The translations under genes and the position numbers were made by a program. From assembly GCA_047495785.1 (NCBI GenBank), contig JBLDXI010000017.1, forward strand, positions 1-64,000: a stretch of DNA of 64,000 bases, written 5' to 3'. The stretch comes from Lepidodermella squamata (lineage: Eukaryota; Animalia; Gastrotricha). This document shows positions 1 to 14,435 of this stretch, piece after piece; position 1 is the stretch's first letter; each line of letters begins with the position of its first letter. The notes beneath the pieces were generated by a model, which saw only the letters and a list, made by a program, of their open reading frames with translations, was not told where the DNA came from and did no database searches.

Positions 1-122
1 ATTTGCTGAAGCCGCAACGCCCCAGCGGGCGTGTGAACGAATCTGTGCATTACTACACAATTAGCATATCATGGTTCAATAGGCATGCTGAAATTCAGCT
101 CGCGCGATAGAAACCGTGCAAA

Positions 123-1169
123 ATGGGATCAACAACAAATTTACTATCGGCCTTACTTCTGCTGACTTTCCCATCTCAAAATGTAGTCTGTCATGAGGAG
201 AATCCTTTTCTGGGACGCGGTTATCACCTTATCAAAGGCTTTCCTCTTAGTAGCCAAGACCCAGGCTACCGGAGGTCTGTACTCAACGGCAGATGGACTG
301 TGTTGGTATCCGATGGAGTCATCTATCAATCTAATGGTGAGCAGAAAACAACCTGCAATAGATATGGTTATGTCGGATCGGAGAGCTTGCAGAAGATCTT
401 GTTGGATTCATTAAACAACAGCCTAACAAACGAGCCTGAAAGGCAAGCGGCGTTTACACGAAACAGTATCAAGTTCGAGAAATATATGAGGTATGATCAG
501 CTCGATCGACTCTTGGTTTGGTCAAATGACCATTTCGACGGCAATCGGGCTCATATCAATATCAGTAATGGAGACACTTTATGGTCGGAAAAATTTAAAA
601 ATGGAATTCGCATGCTGGAAAATTCTACCGATTTGGCAGATTTCAATTTATTCATTGAGGGGTACGGCACCCACTTGGTCCAAGGGGTAGAAACTGGCTA
701 TAGGAAAGGAGGGCTGATGAAGATAACTTTGTTCAATGACAACACACCGGCACCTCAAATCGACGCTAACTGCGGTTATTCAGCGGATACCATTCAACTG
801 AGTTGTCTCATCAGAGAATCTGTCGAAGAATTCAACACTGAAACTGGCAATGCTCCTGCAAAGTTACACCTGGTTTCTTGGTTGGATGTGTTACGAATGT
901 TGTATCCTTCTAAGCTAGGAATGCATCAGCATTTGAAAACGGTTTGGGATAAGGTCTACGAGCCGCCTGTCAAAATTGAAGACAACAATGCAGATGCAAA
1001 GATCGATCCAGCGGTCATAGCTTGGCACACTTTGATTGCGTTATGTCGCTCAGACAAGCGACATCCAAAATGCAGACGCTTGGCCTATAAACCCAAAGAG
1101 ATCAATGCCCAAATAGCACAACTGGAAAGGTCAAAATATAGAAGCCGCAGTTTCGATTATGATCTGTGA
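123..1169 (+). CDS. Secreted MACPF-domain (perforin-like) protein, copy 1, 348 aa
   Basis: Signal peptide, FLGRGYHLIKGFP...DPGYRRSVL N-terminal MACPF motif, and FIEGYGTHLVQGVETG resembling the MACPF Y/W-G-T-H signature. Confidence 0.75.
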   Translation: MGSTTNLLSALLLLTFPSQNVVCHEENPFLGRGYHLIKGFPLSSQDPGYRRSVLNGRWTVLVSDGVIYQSNGEQKTTCNRYGYVGSESLQKILLDSLNNSLTNEPERQAAFTRNSIKFEKYMRYDQLDRLLVWSNDHFDGNRAHINISNGDTLWSEKFKNGIRMLENSTDLADFNLFIEGYGTHLVQGVETGYRKGGLMKITLFNDNTPAPQIDANCGYSADTIQLSCLIRESVEEFNTETGNAPAKLHLVSWLDVLRMLYPSKLGMHQHLKTVWDKVYEPPVKIEDNNADAKIDPAVIAWHTLIALCRSDKRHPKCRRLAYKPKEINAQIAQLERSKYRSRSFDYDL

Positions 1170-1886
1170 GCAACAAAAGCGAGCCATCATCTTAATCATT
1201 TTTTTGCGGAGTCAACATGAATAAATTGTAATTCATTTCATTCTCGCAGCATTCAGTGTCGGATCATGACTCCAGAAATTCACCGCCATGGACCCTTAGA
1301 TGTCAAAACTGTTATCAGGCGCTAAGGGCATTTGCTTAAAAGATGAAAAATGATTAGGTCCTGCCACTGCATTACAGCCGTACGTTTTCGAACATAGATT
1401 GTGATTGCGAATCTCCAACTTCATTTTTCAAGTTGAAAGAAGAATTGTTTTATAATAATGTCAACTCGCTCTAATATTATAATAAAGCATCTCCAAGTAA
1501 TGCTGTATTAGTCAACTGACAGTCATCGAAACTTCATTATGCCCTTCCCAGTGCATGCAGACATGAAATAAATAGAAATCGAGGTCCAGTGGCTCGTGCG
1601 GTTGATACCAAGTCTCTCGCTTAACTCGCCCAGCCATATCAGCTACTGTTGTTGGTACATTAAAGATAGTAATACCTCGGCGAAAACAAGCCGTTATCTC
1701 TATCATGACGCTGCACACGCACACATATCATTGAAAGTTTCCATTTTAGTCCATAAACTGCAAAAAGCACAACGAAACCATCTTAATTATGATGAATCAC
1801 TAATATAACATAATATAAGAGTAATCACAAGTTTTTCATCCCATTTTATCAGAGACCGAAAATCGGGTTCAGTTGAACGAAGCATC

Positions 1887-4250
1887 ATGGCCATAGACTT
1901 GTCACAAGCTATCGCTATCGCAAGGGTAAGATTTCCTTTCATCTTATAGGAGTAAGGTGGTTAATTTTTTGAATTGACCAGGTTATAATTTTTGTCCTAA
2001 GCTATTGTACTGCATATGGCTCAGCCAGCTGCGTGTTTCAAAAGCCTCGTTCTCCCTCTGCTCTCTATGAAAATAGTTATGCATTACTGAAAACCAAATG
2101 TAAGTTGCTAAATCGAGTCACGATATTTAATGTAAAAGGACTTCAATGTAATAATTTCTGAATTTGAGTGTCCCTGTAATATCGTGTGATAAACAAAATC
2201 GGAGTGACACCGGAACGATGGTCACCGGAAATTCGCCTAAATCGGGCGAAATTTTTCACAATTTTTTTATTTTGCTTCAGTGAGCGAATTTCTTATTCCA
2301 TTGTGAGAACTATTGACACAGTTTATTATAAATGCTATGCCTCCTTCTTACTTGAGGCCACCCTGGAAGTGATCGTTTCCGATGCTGCTCAAATGAGCAA
2401 GTCGCTGACGTTCTTTCTGATGCTTTTGAGTACAACGCCAAAATGTTCCCGCGTTCTCCTTCTTGCGTCGCCGCCCTCGATCAGGCAGTTTGTGAGATCA
2501 TCTGCTCTGGCAGCCAAAGCAAGTATATCGCTCGGGTGCTAATCCCCGGAACCAATAAAGTCAGATATCTGGTTTTCATGGACCCGAGCTACGCAAATGC
2601 CATCTACGATGCATGCAGCAAATCATATCAGCCGGTCTCGAATGTCTCCGTGGTGCGAACAATTTGCGTTAAAAGCAGAATAGAGGCAGAAGACACTAAA
2701 CTGGATTGTGACCTGAGACAATTTTTCGAGCAAACTCTCGGCAATCCCTTGGCAAATTACAGCCTTGTATTTTGCATTGCAAAGAATGGGCAGTACGTTA
2801 ATGAATGCCGCGTTGGAGGCAGTGCGGAAGTCCTACGAGCTCCGCCTTACAATAGGCCACAAACGTGCGATTCAAGTACAGCTCACTGCACAGATTGTTT
2901 ATCTGCTGAACGTTGCTCTGAGAGGATGAAAGAATGGAATGAAATCAATCCTTTAAGTGAATACGCTACGAGAGCCGCCGTGGTGTTGCCAACTTTCGTA
3001 GTTTCGGTTATTTTTTTGATGTGTGGTTGGATGATGTTTCCCAAGCATCAACAGAATCAGCAGAATGCCGAAGCTCTGCGTAATCAAGAAATATGGTTGT
3101 TGTACGTGAACTGGGTGTGTATCGTGTTCATGGAGTTCTCTTCATTTCTGGCGCCAGTAGCCTTATTATGGCTAAAACTGATTTCTGCAGCGACGCAATC
3201 AAAGCTATTGAGCAGTAAGTAAATACGTTTTCTGCATTGACTGCTATTACATTCGAATGTTCGTGTAGGAAATCGCCCATCTCGTTCAGCATTTTAATTG
3301 CTCGTGAAAAAGAGTCGACAACGTGCGCCTTTCTTGATGATGTAACTTGAATTCACCCTAATTAAAATTCCTAAATTGTTACATATTCTTAGCTCGATCG
3401 GTTGCTAAACAGTGATATGCGGCGTATAACAGCTAACCGCACTAAATTCGGGAAAATATGCGCAAGATCAAAAGCCACTGGTGTGTGCTTTGTGGAGAGT
3501 CCATTGAGTTACACGCAAAATAATCGAACCCTGCTCGACGATCTGTGTCGACCTGAGAACATAACCGCATTGATTCGCCATTTGCAAAGATGCGAACTGT
3601 AACCTTTCGATATTTCTCACGCTGTATCAACCATTTTTACCCTTCAATAGGTTGCCCGATCTAATCGAATGTCATTCAGAATTTCGGCACGTCGTTTTCT
3701 CCAATCAAATTTACTCAACATCAGGTTCTTATGCTTATGCAATGTTTCGACCTTTAAAATTTCTTCGAATTCGGCAATTAAAAAATTACGATATACACCC
3801 GCGATGAAGCGTTTGAATCACAACAGTTCTTTTTTTCTAGATGCAACAGCTCGAAGACTGCATACTGGTGACAAGCAAACCGTCAGAGCGACGATAAAAC
3901 TCGAGAAGCTACCCGGGACAAACGACTGGATAGAACAATTTCAACGACATCTTGACACTATGAAATACGCACATCTCAGGATTCTAGACTATGGCAGCGA
4001 CAAAGTATGACACAAATTAGTGTAGAATAACTGACTGCAGTTTCCCGTTCACAGCCGAAACAATTATCATCAACTGGGCTATCACGATTCACAGTAGCAC
4101 TTTTGATATGCAGAGGAATCCTTACGCTATCTGAAGGCATTGTCCTAGCTTGGTCATGGAAGAAAGCAAAATGTTCTAAACGGTCGTCCATTCAACAGCA
4201 TATTCTTTGGATTTTTTTCTCTGCATTCATCATAGTGTTTTTTGGCCAAA
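1887..4250 (+). CDS. Divergent NPC1-like gene 1, copy 1; multi-exon, truncated by the fold-back, 1-nt frameshift near 3133
   Basis: Inferred exons 1887-1925, 1982-2099, ~2357-3216, ~3393-3600, ~3842-4005, ~4054-4250. NPC1 N-terminal domain motifs CCSNEQ..RSPSCVAALDQAVCEIICSGSQSKY, SYANAIYDAC, HCTDC; two TM segments; middle-lumenal motif CFVESPLSYTQNNRTLLD. Confidence 0.7.
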
Positions 4251-6270
4251 CTTCTCGAGTTTTATCGTCGCTCTGACGGTTTGCTTGTCACCAGTATGCA
4301 GTCTTCGAGCTGTTGCATCTAGAAAAAAAGAACTGTTGTGATTCAAACGCTTCATCGCGGGTGTATATCGTAATTTTTTAATTGCCGAATTCGAAGAAAT
4401 TTTAAAGGTCGAAACATTGCATAAGCATAAGAACCTGATGTTGAGTAAATTTGATTGGAGAAAACGACGTGCCGAAATTCTGAATGACATTCGATTAGAT
4501 CGGGCAACCTATTGAAGGGTAAAAATGGTTGATACAGCGTGAGAAATATCGAAAGGTTACAGTTCGCATCTTTGCAAATGGCGAATCAATGCGGTTATGT
4601 TCTCAGGTCGACACAGATCGTCGAGCAGGGTTCGATTATTTTGCGTGTAACTCAATGGACTCTCCACAAAGCACACACCAGTGGCTTTTGATCTTGCGCA
4701 TATTTTCCCGAATTTAGTGCGGTTAGCTGTTATACGCCGCATATCACTGTTAGCAACCGATCGAGCTAAGAATATGTAACAATTTAGGAATTTTAATTAG
4801 GGTGAATTCAAGTTACATCATCAAGAAAGGCGCACGTTGTCGACTCTTTTTCACGAGCAATTAAAATGCTGAACGAGATGGGCGATTTCCTACACGAACA
4901 TTCGAATGTAATAGCAGTCAATGCAGAAAACGTATTTACTTACTGCTCAATAGCTTTGATTGCGTCGCTGCAGAAATCAGTTTTAGCCATAATAAGGCTA
5001 CTGGCGCCAGAAATGAAGAGAACTCCCATGAACACGATACACACCCAGTTCACGTACAACAACCATATTTCTTGATTACGCAGAGCTTCGGCATTCTGCT
5101 GATTCTGTTGATGCTTGGGAAACATCATCCAACCACACATCAAAAAAATAACCGAAACTACGAAAGTTGGCAACACCACGGCGGCTCTCGTAGCGTATTC
5201 ACTTAAAGGATTGATTTCATTCCATTCTTTCATCCTCTCAGAGCAACGTTCAGCAGATAAACAATCTGTGCAGTGAGCTGTACTTGAATCGCACGTTTGT
5301 GGCCTATTGTAAGGCGGAGCTCGTAGGACTTCCGCACTGCCTCCAACGCGGCATTCATTAACGTACTGCCCATTCTTTGCAATGCAAAATACAAGGCTGT
5401 AATTTGCCAAGGGATTGCCGAGAGTTTGCTCGAAAAATTGTCTCAGGTCACAATCCAGTTTAGTGTCTTCTGCCTCTATTCTGCTTTTAACGCAAATTGT
5501 TCGCACCACGGAGACATTCGAGACCGGCTGATATGATTTGCTGCATGCATCGTAGATGGCATTTGCGTAGCTCGGGTCCATGAAAACCAGATATCTGACT
5601 TTATTGGTTCCGGGGATTAGCACCCGAGCGATATACTTGCTTTGGCTGCCAGAGCAGATGATCTCACAAACTGCCTGATCGAGGGCGGCGACGCAAGAAG
5701 GAGAACGCGGGAACATTTTGGCGTTGTACTCAAAAGCATCAGAAAGAACGTCAGCGACTTGCTCATTTGAGCAGCATCGGAAACGATCACTTCCAGGGTG
5801 GCCTCAAGTAAGAAGGAGGCATAGCATTTATAATAAACTGTGTCAATAGTTCTCACAATGGAATAAGAAATTCGCTCACTGAAGCAAAATAAAAAAATTG
5901 TGAAAAATTTCGCCGATTTAGGCGAATTTCCGGTGACCATCGTTCCGTGTCACTCCGATTTTGTTTATCACACGATATTACAGGGACACTCAAATTCAGA
6001 AATTATTACATTGAAGTCCTTTTACATTAAATATCGTGACTCGATTTAGCAACTTACATTTGGTTTTCAGTAATGCATAACTATTTTCATAGAGAGCAGA
6101 GGGAGAACGAGGCTTTTGAAACACGCAGCTGGCCTGAGCCATATGCAGTACAATAGCTTAGGACAAAAATTATAACCTGGTCAATTCAAAAATTAACCAC
6201 CTTACTCCTATAAGATGAAAGGAAATCTTACCCTTGCGATAGCGATAGCTTGTGACAAGTCTATGGCCAT
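4251..6270 (-). CDS. NPC1-like gene 1, copy 2 (5' portion only)
   Basis: Reverse-complement copy of 1887-3908; includes ORF 4940..5716. Confidence 0.65.
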
Positions 6271-6987
6271 GATGCTTCGTTCAACTGAACCCGATTTTCG
6301 GTCTCTGATAAAATGGGATGAAAAACTTGTGATTACTCTTATATTATGTTATATTAGTGATTCATCATAATTAAGATGGTTTCGTTGTGCTTTTTGCAGT
6401 TTATGGACTAAAATGGAAACTTTCAATGATATGTGTGCGTGTGCAGCGTCATGATAGAGATAACGGCTTGTTTTCGCCGAGGTATTACTATCTTTAATGT
6501 ACCAACAACAGTAGCTGATATGGCTGGGCGAGTTAAGCGAGAGACTTGGTATCAACCGCACGAGCCACTGGACCTCGATTTCTATTTATTTCATGTCTGC
6601 ATGCACTGGGAAGGGCATAATGAAGTTTCGATGACTGTCAGTTGACTAATACAGCATTACTTGGAGATGCTTTATTATAATATTAGAGCGAGTTGACATT
6701 ATTATAAAACAATTCTTCTTTCAACTTGAAAAATGAAGTTGGAGATTCGCAATCACAATCTATGTTCGAAAACGTACGGCTGTAATGCAGTGGCAGGACC
6801 TAATCATTTTTCATCTTTTAAGCAAATGCCCTTAGCGCCTGATAACAGTTTTGACATCTAAGGGTCCATGGCGGTGAATTTCTGGAGTCATGATCCGACA
6901 CTGAATGCTGCGAGAATGAAATGAATTACAATTTATTCATGTTGACTCCGCAAAAAAATGATTAAGATGATGGCTCGCTTTTGTTGC

Positions 6988-8033
6988 TCACAGATCATAA
7001 TCGAAACTGCGGCTTCTATATTTTGACCTTTCCAGTTGTGCTATTTGGGCATTGATCTCTTTGGGTTTATAGGCCAAGCGTCTGCATTTTGGATGTCGCT
7101 TGTCTGAGCGACATAACGCAATCAAAGTGTGCCAAGCTATGACCGCTGGATCGATCTTTGCATCTGCATTGTTGTCTTCAATTTTGACAGGCGGCTCGTA
7201 GACCTTATCCCAAACCGTTTTCAAATGCTGATGCATTCCTAGCTTAGAAGGATACAACATTCGTAACACATCCAACCAAGAAACCAGGTGTAACTTTGCA
7301 GGAGCATTGCCAGTTTCAGTGTTGAATTCTTCGACAGATTCTCTGATGAGACAACTCAGTTGAATGGTATCCGCTGAATAACCGCAGTTAGCGTCGATTT
7401 GAGGTGCCGGTGTGTTGTCATTGAACAAAGTTATCTTCATCAGCCCTCCTTTCCTATAGCCAGTTTCTACCCCTTGGACCAAGTGGGTGCCGTACCCCTC
7501 AATGAATAAATTGAAATCTGCCAAATCGGTAGAATTTTCCAGCATGCGAATTCCATTTTTAAATTTTTCCGACCATAAAGTGTCTCCATTACTGATATTG
7601 ATATGAGCCCGATTGCCGTCGAAATGGTCATTTGACCAAACCAAGAGTCGATCGAGCTGATCATACCTCATATATTTCTCGAACTTGATACTGTTTCGTG
7701 TAAACGCCGCTTGCCTTCAGGCTCGTTTGTTAGGCTGTTGTTTAATGAATCCAACAAGATCTTCTGCAAGCTCTCCGATCCGACATAACCATATCTATTG
7801 CAGGTTGTTTTCTGCTCACCATTAGATTGATAGATGACTCCATCGGATACCAACACAGTCCATCTGCCGTTGAGTACAGACCTCCGGTAGCCTGGGTCTT
7901 GGCTACTAAGAGGAAAGCCTTTGATAAGGTGATAACCGCGTCCCAGAAAAGGATTCTCCTCTTGACAGACTACATTTTGAGATGGGAAAGTCAGCAGAAG
8001 TAAGGCCGATAGTAAATTTGTTGTTGATCCCAT
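6988..8033 (-). pseudogene. MACPF gene copy 2, split by a 1-nt deletion near 7717 (possibly sequencing error)
   Basis: ORFs 7668..8033 and 6988..7671 together equal copy 1. Confidence 0.65.
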
Positions 8034-8285
8034 TTTGCACGGTTTCTATCGCGCGAGCTGAATTTCAGCATGCCTATTGAACCATGATATGCTAATTGTG
8101 TAGTAACGCCGATTCAAAATCATTCAATGGTATCAGGGAACGGCTTTCAGCAAATATCACAGATGATGCGAGAGCCGCAACGCCCCAGCGGGCGTGTGAA
8201 CGAATCTGTGCATTACTACACAATTAGCATATCATGGTTCAATAGGCATGCTGAAATTCAGCTCGCGCGATAGAAACCGTGCAAA

Positions 8286-9331
8286 ATGGGATCAACAACA
8301 AATTTACTATCGGCCTTACTTCTGCTGACTTTCCCATCTCAAAATGTAGTCTGTCAAGAGGAGAATCCTTTTCTGGGACGCGGTTATCACCTTATCAAAG
8401 GCTTTCCTCTTAGTAGCCAAGACCCAGGCTACCGGAGGTCTGTACTCAACGGCAGATGGACTGTGTTGGTATCCGATGGAGTCATCTATCAATCTAATGG
8501 TGAGCAGAAAACAACCTGCAATAGATATGGTTATGTCGGATCGGAGAGCTTGCAGAAGATCTTGTTGGATTCATTAAACAACAGCCTAACAAACGAGCCT
8601 GAAAGGCAAGCGGCGTTTACACGAAACAGTATCAAGTTCGAGAAATATATGAGGTATGATCAGCTCGATCGACTCTTGGTTTGGTCAAATGACCATTTCG
8701 ACGGCAATCGGGCTCATATCAATATCAGTAATGGAGACACTTTATGGTCGGAAAAATTTAAAAATGGAATTCGCATGCTGGAAAATTCTACCGATTTGGC
8801 AGATTTCAATTTATTCATTGAGGGGTACGGCACCCACTTGGTCCAAGGGGTAGAAACTGGCTATAGGAAAGGAGGGCTGATGAAGATAACTTTGTTCAAT
8901 GACAACACACCGGCACCTCAAATCGACGCTAACTGCGGTTATTCAGCGGATACCATTCAACTGAGTTGTCTCATCAGAGAATCTGTCGAAGAATTCAACA
9001 CTGAAACTGGCAATGCTCCTGCAAAGTTACACCTGGTTTCTTGGTTGGATGTGTTACGAATGTTGTATCCTTCTAAGCTAGGAATGCATCAGCATTTGAA
9101 AACGGTTTGGGATAAGGTCTACGAGCCGCCTGTCAAAATTGAAGACAACAATGCAGATGCAAAGATCGATCAGCGGTCATAGCTTGGCACACTTTGATTG
9201 CGTTATGTCGCTCAGACAAGCGACATCCAAAATGCAGACGCTTGGCCTATAAACCCAAAGAGATCAATGCCCAAATAGCACAACTGGAAAGGTCAAAATA
9301 TAGAAGCCGCAGTTTCGATTATGATCTGTGA
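8286..9331 (+). pseudogene. MACPF gene copy 3, 1-nt deletion near 9171 (possibly sequencing error)
   Basis: Matches copy 1 (one H/Q difference) until KID, then frameshifts; the remainder is present downstream. Confidence 0.65.
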
Positions 9332-10047
9332 GCAACAAAAGCGAGCCATCATCTTAATCATTTTTTTGCGGAGTCAACATGAATAAATTGTAATTCATTT
9401 CATTCTCGCAGCATTCAGTGTCGGATCATGACTCCAGAAATTCACCGCCATGGACCCTTAGATGTCAAAACTGTTATCAGGCGCTAAGGGCATTTGCTTA
9501 AAAGATGAAAAATGATTAGGTCCTGCCACTGCATTACAGCCGTACGTTTTCGAACATAGATTGTGATTGCGAATCTCCAACTTCATTTTCAAGTTGAAAG
9601 AAGAATTGTTTTATAATAATGTCAACTCGCTCTAATATTATAATAAAGCATCTCCAAGTAATGCTGTATTAGTCAACTGACAGTCATCGAAACTTCATTA
9701 TGCCCTTCCCAGTGCATGCAGACATGAAATAAATAGAAATCGAGGTCCAGTGGCTCGTGCGGTTGATACCAAGTCTCTCGCTTAACTCGCCCAGCCATAT
9801 CAGCTACTGTTGTTGGTACATTAAAGATAGTAATACCTCGGCGAAAACAAGCCGTTATCTCTATCATGACGCTGCACACGCACACATATCATTGAAAGTT
9901 TCCATTTTAGTCCATAAACTGCAAAAAGCACAACGAAACCATCTTAATTATGATGAATCACTAATATAACATAATATAAGAGTAATCACAAGTTTTTCAT
10001 CCCATTTTATCAGAGACCGAAAATCGGGTTCAGTTGAACGAAGCATC

Positions 10048-12069
10048 ATGGCCATAGACTTGTCACAAGCTATCGCTATCGCAAGGGTAAGATTTCCTTT
10101 CATCTTATAGGAGTAAGGTGGTTAATTTTTTGAATTGACCAGGTTATAATTTTTGTCCTAAGCTATTGTACTGCATATGGCTCAGCCAGCTGCGTGTTTC
10201 AAAAGCCTCGTTCTCCCTCTGCTCTCTATGAAAATAGTTATGCATTACTGAAAACCAAATGTAAGTGCTAAATCGAGTCACGATATTTAATGTAAAAGGA
10301 CTTCAATGTAATAATTTCTGAATTTGAGTGTCCCTGTAATATCGTGTGATAAACAAAATCGGAGTGACACCGGAACGATGGTCACCGGAAATTCGCCTAA
10401 ATCGGGCGAAATTTTTCACAATTTTTTTATTTTGCTTCAGTGAGCGAATTTCTTATTCCATTGTGAGAACTATTGACACAGTTTATTATAAATGCTATGC
10501 CTCCTTCTTACTTGAGGCCACCCTGGAAGTGATCGTTTCCGATGCTGCTCAAATGAGCAAGTCGCTGACGTTCTTTCTGATGCTTTTGAGTACAACGCCA
10601 AAATGTTCCCGCGTTCTCCTTCTTGCGTCGCCGCCCTCGATCAGGCAGTTTGTGAGATCATCTGCTCTGGCAGCCAAAGCAAGTATATCGCTCGGGTGCT
10701 AATCCCCGGAACCAATAAAGTCAGATATCTGGTTTTCATGGACCCGAGCTACGCAAATGCCATCTACGATGCATGCAGCAAATCATATCAGCCGGTCTCG
10801 AATGTCTCCGTGGTGCGAACAATTTGCGTTAAAAGCAGAATAGAGGCAGAAGACACTAAACTGGATTGTGACCTGAGACAATTTTTCGAGCAAACTCTCG
10901 GCAATCCCTTGGCAAATTACAGCCTTGTATTTTGCATTGCAAAGAATGGGCAGTACGTTAATGAATGCCGCGTTGGAGGCAGTGCGGAAGTCCTACGAGC
11001 TCCGCCTTACAATAGGCCACAAACGTGCGATTCAAGTACAGCTCACTGCACAGATTGTTTATCTGCTGAACGTTGCTCTGAGAGGATGAAAGAATGGAAT
11101 GAAATCAATCCTTTAAGTGAATACGCTACGAGAGCCGCCGTGGTGTTGCCAACTTTCGTAGTTTCGGTTATTTTTTTGATGTGTGGTTGGATGATGTTTC
11201 CCAAGCATCAACAGAATCAGCAGAATGCCGAAGCTCTGCGTAATCAAGAAATATGGTTGTTGTACGTGAACTGGGTGTGTATCGTGTTCATGGGAGTTCT
11301 CTTCATTTCTGGCGCCAGTAGCCTTATTATGGCTAAAACTGATTTCTGCAGCGACGCAATCAAAGCTATTGAGCAGTAAGTAAATACGTTTTCTGCATTG
11401 ACTGCTATTACATTCGAATGTTCGTGTAGGAAATCGCCCATCTCGTTCAGCATTTTAATTGCTCGTGAAAAAGAGTCGACAACGTGCGCCTTTCTTGATG
11501 ATGTAACTTGAATTCACCCTAATTAAAATTCCTAAATTGTTACATATTCTTAGCTCGATCGGTTGCTAAACAGTGATATGCGGCGTATAACAGCTAACCG
11601 CACTAAATTCGGGAAAATATGCGCAAGATCAAAAGCCACTGGTGTGTGCTTTGTGGAGAGTCCATTGAGTTACACGCAAAATAATCGAACCCTGCTCGAC
11701 GATCTGTGTCGACCTGAGAACATAACCGCATTGATTCGCCATTTGCAAAGATGCGAACTGTAACCTTTCGATATTTCTCACGCTGTATCAACCATTTTTA
11801 CCCTTCAATAGGTTGCCCGATCTAATCGAATGTCATTCAGAATTTCGGCACGTCGTTTTCTCCAATCAAATTTACTCAACATCAGGTTCTTATGCTTATG
11901 CAATGTTTCGACCTTTAAAATTTCTTCGAATTCGGCAATTAAAAAATTACGATATACACCCGCGATGAAGCGTTTGAATCACAACAGTTCTTTTTTTCTA
12001 GATGCAACAGCTCGAAGACTGCATACTGGTGACAAGCAAACCGTCAGAGCGACGATAAAACTCGAGAAG
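10048..12069 (+). CDS. NPC1-like gene 1, copy 3 (5' portion only)
   Basis: Copy of 1887-3908; includes ORF 10603..11379. Confidence 0.65.
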
Positions 12070-14435
12070 TTTGGCCAAAAAAACACTATGATGAATGCAG
12101 AGAAAAAAATCCAAAGAATATGCTGTTGAATGGACGACCGTTTAGAACATTTTGCTTTCTTCCATGACCAAGCTAGGACAATGCCTTCAGATAGCGTAAG
12201 GATTCCTCTGCATATCAAAAGTGCTACTGTGAATCGTGATAGCCCAGTTGATGATAATTGTTTCGGCTGTGAACGGGAAACTGCAGTCAGTTATTCTACA
12301 CTAATTTGTGTCATACTTTGTCGCTGCCATAGTCTAGAATCCTGAGATGTGCGTATTTCATAGTGTCAAGATGTCGTTGAAATTGTTCTATCCAGTCGTT
12401 TGTCCCGGGTAGCTTCTCGAGTTTTATCGTCGCTCTGACGGTTTGCTTGTCACCAGTATGCAGTCTTCGAGCTGTTGCATCTAGAAAAAAAGAACTGTTG
12501 TGATTCAAACGCTTCATCGCGGGTGTATATCGTAATTTTTTAATTGCCGAATTCGAAGAAATTTTAAAGGTCGAAACATTGCATAAGCATAAGAACCTGA
12601 TGTTGAGTAAATTTGATTGGAGAAAACGACGTGCCGAAATTCTGAATGACATTCGATTAGATCGGGCAACCTATTGAAGGGTAAAAATGGTTGATACAGC
12701 GTGAGAAATATCGAAAGGTTACAGTTCGCATCTTTGCAAATGGCGAATCAATGCGGTTATGTTCTCAGGTCGACACAGATCGTCGAGCAGGGTTCGATTA
12801 TTTTGCGTGTAACTCAATGGACTCTCCACAAAGCACACACCAGTGGCTTTTGATCTTGCGCATATTTTCCCGAATTTAGTGCGGTTAGCTGTTATACGCC
12901 GCATATCACTGTTTAGCAACCGATCGAGCTAAGAATATGTAACAATTTAGGAATTTTAATTAGGGTGAATTCAAGTTACATCATCAAGAAAGGCGCACGT
13001 TGTCGACTCTTTTTCACGAGCAATTAAAATGCTGAACGAGATGGGCGATTTCCTACACGAACATTCGAATGTAATAGCAGTCAATGCAGAAAACGTATTT
13101 ACTTACTGCTCAATAGCTTTGATCGCGTCGCTGCAGAAATCAGTTTTAGCCATAATAAGGCTACTGGCGCCAGAAATGAAGAGAACTCCCATGAACACGA
13201 TACACACCCAGTTCACGTACAACAACCATATTTCTTGATTACGCAGAGCTTCGGCATTCTGCTGATTCTGTTGATGCTTGGGAAACATCATCCAACCACA
13301 CATCAAAAAAATAACCGAAACTACGAAAGTTGGCAACACCACGGCGGCTCTCGTAGCGTATTCACTTAAAGGATTGATTTCATTCCATTCTTTCATCCTC
13401 TCAGAGCAACGTTCAGCAGATAAACAATCTGTGCAGTGAGCTGTACTTGAATCGCACGTTTGTGGCCTATTGTAAGGCGGAGCTCGTAGGACTTCCGCAC
13501 TGCCTCCAACGCGGCATTCATTAACGTACTGCCCATTCTTTGCAATGCAAAATACAAGGCTGTAATTTGCCAAGGGATTGCCGAGAGTTTGCTCGAAAAA
13601 TTGTCTCAGGTCACAATCCAGTTTAGTGTCTTCTGCCTCTATTCTGCTTTTAACGCAAATTGTTCGCACCACGGAGACATTCGAGACCGGCTGATATGAT
13701 TTGCTGCATGCATCGTAGATGGCATTTGCGTAGCTCGGGTCCATGAAAACCAGATATCTGACTTTATTGGTTCCGGGGATTAGCACCCGAGCGATATACT
13801 TGCTTTGGCTGCCAGAGCAGATGATCTCACAAACTGCCTGATCGAGGGCGGCGACGCAAGAAGGAGAACGCGGGAACATTTTGGCGTTGTACTCAAAAGC
13901 ATCAGAAAGAACGTCAGCGACTTGCTCATTTGAGCAGCATTGGAAACGATCACTTCCAGGGTGGCCTCAAGTAAGAAGAAGGCATAGCATTTATAATAAA
14001 CTGTGTCAATAGTTCTCACAATGGAATAAGAAATTCGCTCACTGAAGCAAAATAAAAAAATTGTGAAAAATTTCGCCCGATTTAGGCGAATTTCCGGTGA
14101 CCATCGTTCCGGTGTCACTCCGATTTTGTTTATCACACGATATTACAGGGACACTCAAATTCAGAAATTATTACATTGAAGTCCTTTTACATTAAATATC
14201 GTGACTCGATTTAGCAACTTACATTTGGTTTTCAGTAATGCATAACTATTTTCATAGAGAGCAGAGGGAGAACGAGGCTTTTGAAACACGCAGCTGGCTG
14301 AGCCATATGCAGTACAATAGCTTAGGACAAAAATTATAACCTGGTCAATTCAAAAAATTAACCACCTTACTCCTATAAGATGAAAGGAAATCTTACCCTT
14401 GCGATAGCGATAGCTTGTGACAAGTCTGTGGCCAT
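12070..14435 (-). CDS. NPC1-like gene 1, copy 4 (probably the native locus), truncated mid-exon at 12070
   Basis: Contiguous with single-copy DNA to the right. The reading frame runs into the spacer (RATIKLEKLPGTNDWIEQFQRHL; KCSKRSSIQQHILWIFF), matching paralogue segments RLTIKLANKQESHAQEWL and DCKKRSRWQKSIL. Confidence 0.7.

Noticed and set aside
1512-1808. 70-aa ORFs recurring four times
   Set aside because: They recur only because of the palindrome; intergenic, no motifs.
3909-4250. Recombinase-controlled invertible switch
   Set aside because: The flipped spacer follows automatically from the second fold-back; no recombinase or dedicated sites are seen.
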